A stretch of 64,000 bases of DNA. Source: an uncultured Pseudomonadota bacterium. GTDB taxonomy: Bacteria > Vulcanimicrobiota > Vulcanimicrobiia > Eremiobacterales > Eremiobacteraceae. Below, one piece after another: positions 58,432-64,000 of the stretch (positions are counted from its first letter, which is position 1; each line of letters starts with the position of its first letter). The stretch is taken from the NCBI GenBank assembly GCA_963736005.1, contig CAVTNB010000001.1, positions 512,001-576,000 of the forward strand, given 5' to 3'. Both the position numbers and the translations under genes were made by a program. The notes beneath the pieces are model-generated. The model was not told the DNA's origin. It worked only from the letters and a program-made list of their open reading frames with translations, and did no database searches.

Positions 58432-60307
58432 GTGGCAAACATCGTGCTTGAGTGGAAAACTGGCGTACTCGTTGCGGACGGAGCCATGGGCACGCTGCTG
58501 TTCGCTCGCGGTGCTGCTATCACGTCGTGCGTGGAGTTGCTCAACGTCACCACCCCTGAGGTGGTCGCACAAGGGCATCGAGACTATGTTGAAGCCGGCG
58601 CGCGAGTCATCGAGACGAATACGTTTGCTGCAAACCGATTGAAGCTGGCTCAGCACGAACTGCTCCCGCGCTTAGAAGAAATCAACCGGGCAGGGGTGGA
58701 ACTCGCCCGTCGAGCTGCTGGCACGAAGGCGTACGTCGCAGGATCGATCGGCCCGCTCGGCGCGCTCCTGTGGCCTTTTGGCGTGACCCGACCAGCGCAA
58801 GCGCGCGACGTGTTTGCAGAGCACATTGCAGCGGTTGCCTCAGGCTTGCCCGACCTTCTCATCTTAGAGACGTTCAGTAGCGTTGCGGAGCTCGTCCTCG
58901 CCATCGAAGCGGCGAAGCTCGTTGCTTCCGGTTTGCCGATTCTTGCATCGGTCTCGGTCGTGGAAGACGGCAAGACTGCAGGTGGAGATCCTTTGGATTC
59001 GGCATTCGCGCGCCTGCTCGAGGCCGGCGCAAATGCTGTCGGCATCAATTGTGCCGTCGGACCGCAAGTGGTGTATGATGCTCTCGCCCCTATCGCCGGG
59101 TCCGTCGGCGCACCGCTTTCTGTAATGCCAAACGCGGGCTATCCGCACCGGCTCGACGATCGCACGGTCTACGAATCTACCCCCGCGTACTTCGCCGCGT
59201 TTGCGCGGCGTTTCGTCGATCTGGGTGCCAGCATCGTGGGAGGATGCTGCGGCACGACCCCCGATCATATTCGCGCCATCGCACAGGCGCTGCAAGGCGC
59301 CACACGTCATGGCCCGCCGGCGACGCCCCGCGGCCGTGACGCTCGAGCGCCGCGAACAGGCACGCCTTCACTTGCACCTTTGACGAATCCGACTGCCTTT
59401 GAACGCAAACTTGGGCGCCAATTTGTCATAACCGCTGAGATCTCGCCCCCACGCGGCGCTGACGCGAGCGATGCCGTCGCGGCTGCCAAACTCCTCGAGT
59501 CTGCGGGTGCTGATGCCGTCAATATCTCCGATAATCCCACGGCGCGCTTGCGCATGTCGAGCACGGCGCTGGCGCATCTCGTCATGCGCAATACAAAGCT
59601 TGCGACCATCTTGCACCTTGCGATGCCGCGACCGCAATCTGCTCGCTTTGCAAAGCGAATTGCTCGGGGCCGCAGCGCTTGGTGTCACCGCAATTCTGGC
59701 GCTCACGGGCGACCCAAGCAACGTTGGAGATTTTCCAAAAGCTACGTCAGTTTTTGATGTGACGGCGTTGGGTCTCACGCAGATCGTCGATGCGCTCAAT
59801 CGCGGCATGGATCACGCAGGGAGCCCGATTGGAGTTCCAACCCGCTTTAGGATCGGCGTTGCCGTCAACCCAGCAGCGAAGGCGCTCGCAGGAGAACTCG
59901 AGCGGATCGAACAGAAACGCGCGGCGGGCGCCGATTTCGCCGTCACCCAGCCTATCTTCGATGTGAAGACCATCGCGCCGTTTCTCAAGTGGGCGATCGA
60001 GCGCAAATTCCCCGTGCTCGTCGGCGTGCTGCTCTTGCGCAGCTATCGCAACGCGGAGTTCCTGCACAACGAAGTGCCAGGCATGCAGGTGCCCGAAGAA
60101 GTACGCGAACGAATTCGGACCTCACGAGACGAGCGGATGGAGGGCATCGCGGTCGCGCGGGAGCTGTTAGTGGAGCTTGCGCGCACGCCAGGCGTGGCCG
60201 GCGCCTACGTTATTGCGCAAGATCATTACGAGGGCGCTGCAGAAGCGATCTCGAGCGCGACTCGTGCGCTGGAACGCGAGATCAGTCGTGGCGCAAATGC
60301 TCCATAA
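58432..60307 (+). CDS. Bifunctional homocysteine S-methyltransferase/methylenetetrahydrofolate reductase (YitJ-like), +1 frameshift near 59623
   Basis: DGAMGT, GINC, GGCCGTTP; MetF part HLA+CRDRN, TGDP, TQP, HNEVPG continues in the next frame. Confidence 0.9.
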
Positions 60308-60749
60308 AAAGATCTCTGTCGGTGAGGGGCTTTACGTCCTTGCGCACGCCCGGGAAACGCTGTTCGTCTGCGAGGTCGAGTGTTTCTTTCATGAGCGCCG
60401 CGTCTTCTTCTAACGGTGCCCCCGGCTCGGATTTCGTTGGAGCAAGTCCCGTGAGGAAGATCAACACTCCGGCATCGGCCGGCTTTTCAACTTTGCCGAT
60501 GAGCTCACCGGTCGGCGTGTGGACTCGTCCCCAAGCATCGACCTTGCCGATGATTTCGTACTCCATGTTCCAAATCGTACCTTCGCCATCCACGCGCCCA
60601 ACTTGGTGCACGCCGGCGTCGTCATCGTAAATCTCGCCGTTGTTTCCGATCCGGCCAACCGCGGGACCTGAATCGGGACCCATCATCACGTTGCCCGAAG
60701 CGTCGACCCGCGCAACGATGAAACCGTTAGCTCCCTTGACGTCTCTCAC
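60282..60749 (-). CDS. Hypothetical protein with short G(R/K)V-x-x-G beta repeats
   Basis: Repeats RVDASGNV, RIGNNGEI, RVDGEGTI, KVDAWGRV; GTGA coupling. Confidence 0.7.
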   Translation of the reverse strand: MRDVKGANGFIVARVDASGNVMMGPDSGPAVGRIGNNGEIYDDDAGVHQVGRVDGEGTIWNMEYEIIGKVDAWGRVHTPTGELIGKVEKPADAGVLIFLTGLAPTKSEPGAPLEEDAALMKETLDLADEQRFPGVRKDVKPLTDRDLFMEHLRHD

Positions 60750-61180
60750 TGTTGCGCCTCCCGTATCGATTGATCGCGAGTATCGAGGATGGCGTTAACC
60801 AACTCGTCAGCACGCTTGTTTTGACTGCGTGGCACGTGCCGTACTTGCCACTCTGAAAAATGTCGTAATACCCGCTGAACCTGGCTGCTCAATTCGCGCA
60901 TCTTAGGGTCCTTGACTTTATACAAACCGTTGAGCTGTTTCACGATGAGCTCGGAATCCATGTGCACCGACACCCGATCGAAGCCTAGTGCCTGCGCGCG
61001 CTGAAGCGTCAGTAAGAGCGCTCGGTATTCAGCCACGTTGTTGGTCGTGGTCCCCAAGAAGGCGCTCACCTCTTCCACGACCTTCCCGCTTGCTGAGAGA
61101 ATGATCCCCCCTGCGGCGGCAGGTCCAGGGTTGCCGCGAGCTCCTCCATCAGTGTATATCGTGCAAGCAGAATTCGGCAA
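60746..61180 (-). CDS. rnhA: Ribonuclease HI family
   Basis: YTDGGARGNPG, TNNVAEY, DSELIVKQ, N.RAD. Confidence 0.9.
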   Translation of the reverse strand: MPNSACTIYTDGGARGNPGPAAAGGIILSASGKVVEEVSAFLGTTTNNVAEYRALLLTLQRAQALGFDRVSVHMDSELIVKQLNGLYKVKDPKMRELSSQVQRVLRHFSEWQVRHVPRSQNKRADELVNAILDTRDQSIREAQQ

Positions 61181-61272
61181 TGCGACTTAGGTACTCCATA
61201 TCCTTATCGGCTTAGGACATTCTCAGGCAAGGGCGAATCGTCCGTCTTGCCGTACCATTCCCCATGCAAGTA

Positions 61273-61809
61273 ATGACACCGAACACGAATTTTCGCTGGC
61301 GCCTGCTCCTTGTCGTCGCGTTGCTCGCGATTGCTGTCATCTCCTCGGGCGTCCAGCAGCGGGTCGCCGCCAAGCCCGAGCCTTCCCCTTCTCCGTCGCC
61401 CACGAATCCACCGACCCCTTACATGCCACCCGATCAAGCTACCAACGGCATATGGGATATGATCCTTCAAGGCACGGACAAGAACGGATATACCGACATC
61501 TCGTATTCGGTGATGAAGCTCAAGGACGATGGTAATAACGTAAGTGGTGTTTGGCTTGCGGACAAAAAGACGGTGTATGTCGTTAGCGGAACGCGCGATG
61601 GTACGCACCTGACGCTCACCCTCAAGCGCCAGGACAAACCCGATGTGACCGCGGGCTCCATCGATGCAACCATCGATGGCATCGCCGACATGGTCGGCAC
61701 GATTACGCTCGGCACGGTGGAAACACCGTTTCAAGGAGCACAGCATTCACGCGTGCCGCCACCACCCGAAACCACGCCCGGCCCGCAGGAAAGTCCAACT
61801 CCCTACTAA
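61273..61809 (+). CDS. Secreted hypothetical protein with Pro-rich ends
   Basis: Signal peptide, PSPSPSP linker, beta-rich core. Confidence 0.7.
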   Translation: MTPNTNFRWRLLLVVALLAIAVISSGVQQRVAAKPEPSPSPSPTNPPTPYMPPDQATNGIWDMILQGTDKNGYTDISYSVMKLKDDGNNVSGVWLADKKTVYVVSGTRDGTHLTLTLKRQDKPDVTAGSIDATIDGIADMVGTITLGTVETPFQGAQHSRVPPPPETTPGPQESPTPY

Positions 61810-61843
61810 CGTACGTCGAGCACGAAGTTACGTTGAGCTAGAG

Positions 61844-62293
61844 CTACGCCTGCGCTCTCGGAGCGTGGGTGACGAGCACGGGAATCGGTGAGCGTCGTAA
61901 GATGCCCTCGGCAACGCTGCCCAGCAGCGCGCGAGAAATTCCCCCTCGCCCGTGACTGCCAACGACGATCAAGTCGACTTGACGTTTTTTCGCGAGGGCC
62001 AGCAGCCCGGGCACGGTGTCACCTTCAAGGAGCTCCGCTACGATCGTCACCTTCGATCCGGCCGCCATGGCTTTTGCTCGATCCAGGATTTCTTTGGCGG
62101 CCGACTGAGCGGCTGCAATGGCAAAGCTCGGGTCGATGGACGAGGGCGAAGCCATCGCCACGAGCTTGGCAACTTCAAGCACGTGAGCGAAGGTGACGGT
62201 CGCCCGCTCATCGCTGGCTACTTTGAGCGCGAGCGAGATCGCGGCATCCGATGGGGGCGAGCCATCAACGGGGACGAGGATATTGTGAAACAT
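61844..62293 (-). CDS. Universal stress protein
   Basis: ILVPVDGS, DLIVVGSHGRGG..LLGSVA...PVLV. Confidence 0.92.
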   Translation of the reverse strand: MFHNILVPVDGSPPSDAAISLALKVASDERATVTFAHVLEVAKLVAMASPSSIDPSFAIAAAQSAAKEILDRAKAMAAGSKVTIVAELLEGDTVPGLLALAKKRQVDLIVVGSHGRGGISRALLGSVAEGILRRSPIPVLVTHAPRAQA

Positions 62294-62302
62294 CTAGCTC
62301 CG

Positions 62303-62500
62303 CTATGGTGCGCTGATCTGATGAAATCCGGCACCTGGAGAAATGTTGGAGTTGATCACGTCTCCACCTGCATGCTTGAAGTAGCTGCTTTTCGGCCCGG
62401 TTCACACTTGAAATGAGTCGCCGGTCATCGGATCGGTCGCATTTTGAAGACCAGTGAGCTGTGTCACCGAAGCTCGAAACCTGGCGGCTTGTGCGTTCAG
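62303..62500 (-). pseudogene. Possible gene remnant with an internal stop
   Basis: LTGLQNATDPMTGDSFQV*TGPKSSYFKHAGGDVINSNISPGAGFHQISAP* stays protein-like across the TGA at 62402. Confidence 0.4.
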
Positions 62501-62629
62501 GGTGGGCTGTACGAGAACCCGAGATAGGGTTCTTTCCAAGGCACGGGCGCTAGAGGACGCGCACCTCGAGGGACATTCGAGGCATATTTTGCCCGCACGC
62601 AATCGACACACTGGTGGGCCTTAAGTCAG

Positions 62630-62658
62630 TTGTGCGTGCCCACCGTTGGACCTATACT
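62630..62658 (+). promoter_or_regulatory. Putative sigma70 promoter
   Basis: TTGTGC-N17-TATACT about 50 nt before RBS AAAGGAGG. Confidence 0.5.
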
Positions 62659-62711
62659 CAAGAGCGTTAGTCGGTCCCAACCCATTTGTCGCCATGTCAA
62701 AGGAGGTCACA

Positions 62712-64000
62712 ATGCGCGCCCCTTTCTATCGCGCGTTTTTCGGTGTGTTCGTGCTCGCGTTTTGCGCCACTATTTTAACGAACTTTTCTTCTGCCCAAGC
62801 CAGTCCTGGGCGCGTTCTAAACCTGGGCCACGGCATGACAGTGCAGCTAGCCAAAGGTCAGCCCGGACGGTTGCGCGTTGTGAGAATGCAGGCCATCAAG
62901 CGCGTGGCACTTTCCTCATCGACGCATCAGCGCAACTTTGGAGACATGCCCTTCCTCACCCGCTGGAGTCCAGCAGCATGGGCGTCCATCAAAGCTCGGG
63001 CATCCCGTAACGTGATGGCGCCGCAAGATACACGCGCCGCCTTTTCGACCCTTACCTCTACCGTCGCTGCTGCGCCGCTCGAACACATCACGGGCATGAC
63101 GGACAGCGGGCTCATCTGCGGTTACTTTGGCACGGGGTGCCAACCGCCGGATATGGCTGTCGCTGCGTCCCCCAACTGGACCGTGCAAATGGTCAACACC
63201 TCAATAGCCATCTTCGACCGGCACGGCGTCATGGTACTCGGCTTCCCTATCGATGCACCGACCTTCTTTGGCATTCCCAACCCCGGATCGTGCACTCCGT
63301 TCGGCGTGCCGTTTACCACAGACCCACGCGCCTTCTACGATCCCAATGATCAACGCTTCTTCCTGGTGATTGGGGCGCAAAACGGCGTCGCTGATGCCTG
63401 TCCGTTCTCCTCAACCTTCTACGTCGCAGCGAGCCAGACGAGCGACCCAACAGGGACGTGGAACGTGTATAGCTTCAACGCCGATCCGTTGGGAGTTGGC
63501 GCTTTTGGAGACTTCACACAACTTGGTTTCGATGCGACTGCCGTTTACATCGGCATGAATTCTTTCCCGGTCACGAGCGGTGGATTTACAACCTGCCCGT
63601 TAGGATATTGCTGGGCTCAAACGCTGCTGATCGACAAGCACGGCATGGAGAACGGCGCGTCGGTTGCAGCTCCAAATCTCCTCTTCGATTACACGGTCAA
63701 CGGTTTTCCACTTGACTCGGTACAACCCGTCGAAACGATAGCCAACCTAGCCCAGCAGCCAAGCGCGACATCATTGATTTCCGCGGCGAATTTCTTTGGA
63801 CCAGATGGCAATGGCTGCTTCCCAGAGGTTTGCAACCAGCTGTATGTCTTTGGCATCTCAAATCCGTTAGGCACGCCCAAGGTTACGAGCAAAGTCGCCA
63901 CCGCTCCAGGCTGGACCTATCCTCCGAACGGGGATGAGCCTGGGTGCGGAGGCTGCGTGGCAACCAATGACAGCCGCATCGACGGACAACCAATCTACAG
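62712..64000 (+). CDS. Secreted hypothetical protein (3' end outside window)
   Basis: AAAGGAGG RBS; own translation MRAPFYRAFFGVFVLAFCA..., PPDMAVAASPNWTVQMVN, DPRAFYD, Cys-rich; appears open to the window end. Confidence 0.8.
   Translation, partial: MRAPFYRAFFGVFVLAFCATILTNFSSAQASPGRVLNLGHGMTVQLAKGQPGRLRVVRMQAIKRVALSSSTHQRNFGDMPFLTRWSPAAWASIKARASRNVMAPQDTRAAFSTLTSTVAAAPLEHITGMTDSGLICGYFGTGCQPPDMAVAASPNWTVQMVNTSIAIFDRHGVMVLGFPIDAPTFFGIPNPGSCTPFGVPFTTDPRAFYDPNDQRFFLVIGAQNGVADACPFSSTFYVAASQTSDPTGTWNVYSFNADPLGVGAFGDFTQLGFDATAVYIGMNSFPVTSGGFTTCPLGYCWAQTLLIDKHGMENGASVAAPNLLFDYTVNGFPLDSVQPVETIANLAQQPSATSLISAANFFGPDGNGCFPEVCNQLYVFGISNPLGTPKVTSKVATAPGWTYPPNGDEPGCGGCVATNDSRIDGQPIY

Noticed and set aside
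61808..61847. REP after the USP stop (GTAG)
   Set aside because: No clean hairpin adjacent to the GTAG.

Overview
Gene-dense (~60% GC by eye) bacterial chromosomal segment with about 55 CDSs and no rRNA, tRNA, CRISPR, prophage or transposase that I can support. It contains a cobalamin-riboswitch-controlled B12 uptake operon, a three-subunit xanthine-dehydrogenase-family molybdoenzyme, a UPF0158-Fic / Fe-S nuclease / degenerate UvrD helicase operon, an ECF sigma/anti-sigma pair, ggt, a lipoyl-E2-E1 fused 2-oxoglutarate dehydrogenase, clpB, a minor-pilin cluster, a GAF-kinase/LuxR/SDR/QueA-like module, a LexA-box-controlled imuA-imuB-dnaE2 cassette, peptidases, a YitJ-type methionine enzyme and RNase HI. 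A TonB-dependent receptor together with a Gram-positive-type SOS box suggests a diderm Terrabacteria lineage such as Ca. Eremiobacterota (inference only). The most notable signals are: (1) GTAG-footed REP-like palindromes that are intergenic, inserted in frame in dnaE2, imuB and the OGDH fusion, and supplying stop codons; (2) a Fic protein whose catalytic His and autoinhibitory Glu are both replaced, heading a nuclease-helicase operon; (3) a prepilin cleavage motif buried about 360 aa inside a membrane protein. Several +1 frameshifts suggest assembly indel errors, so apparent gene fusions need read-level checking.
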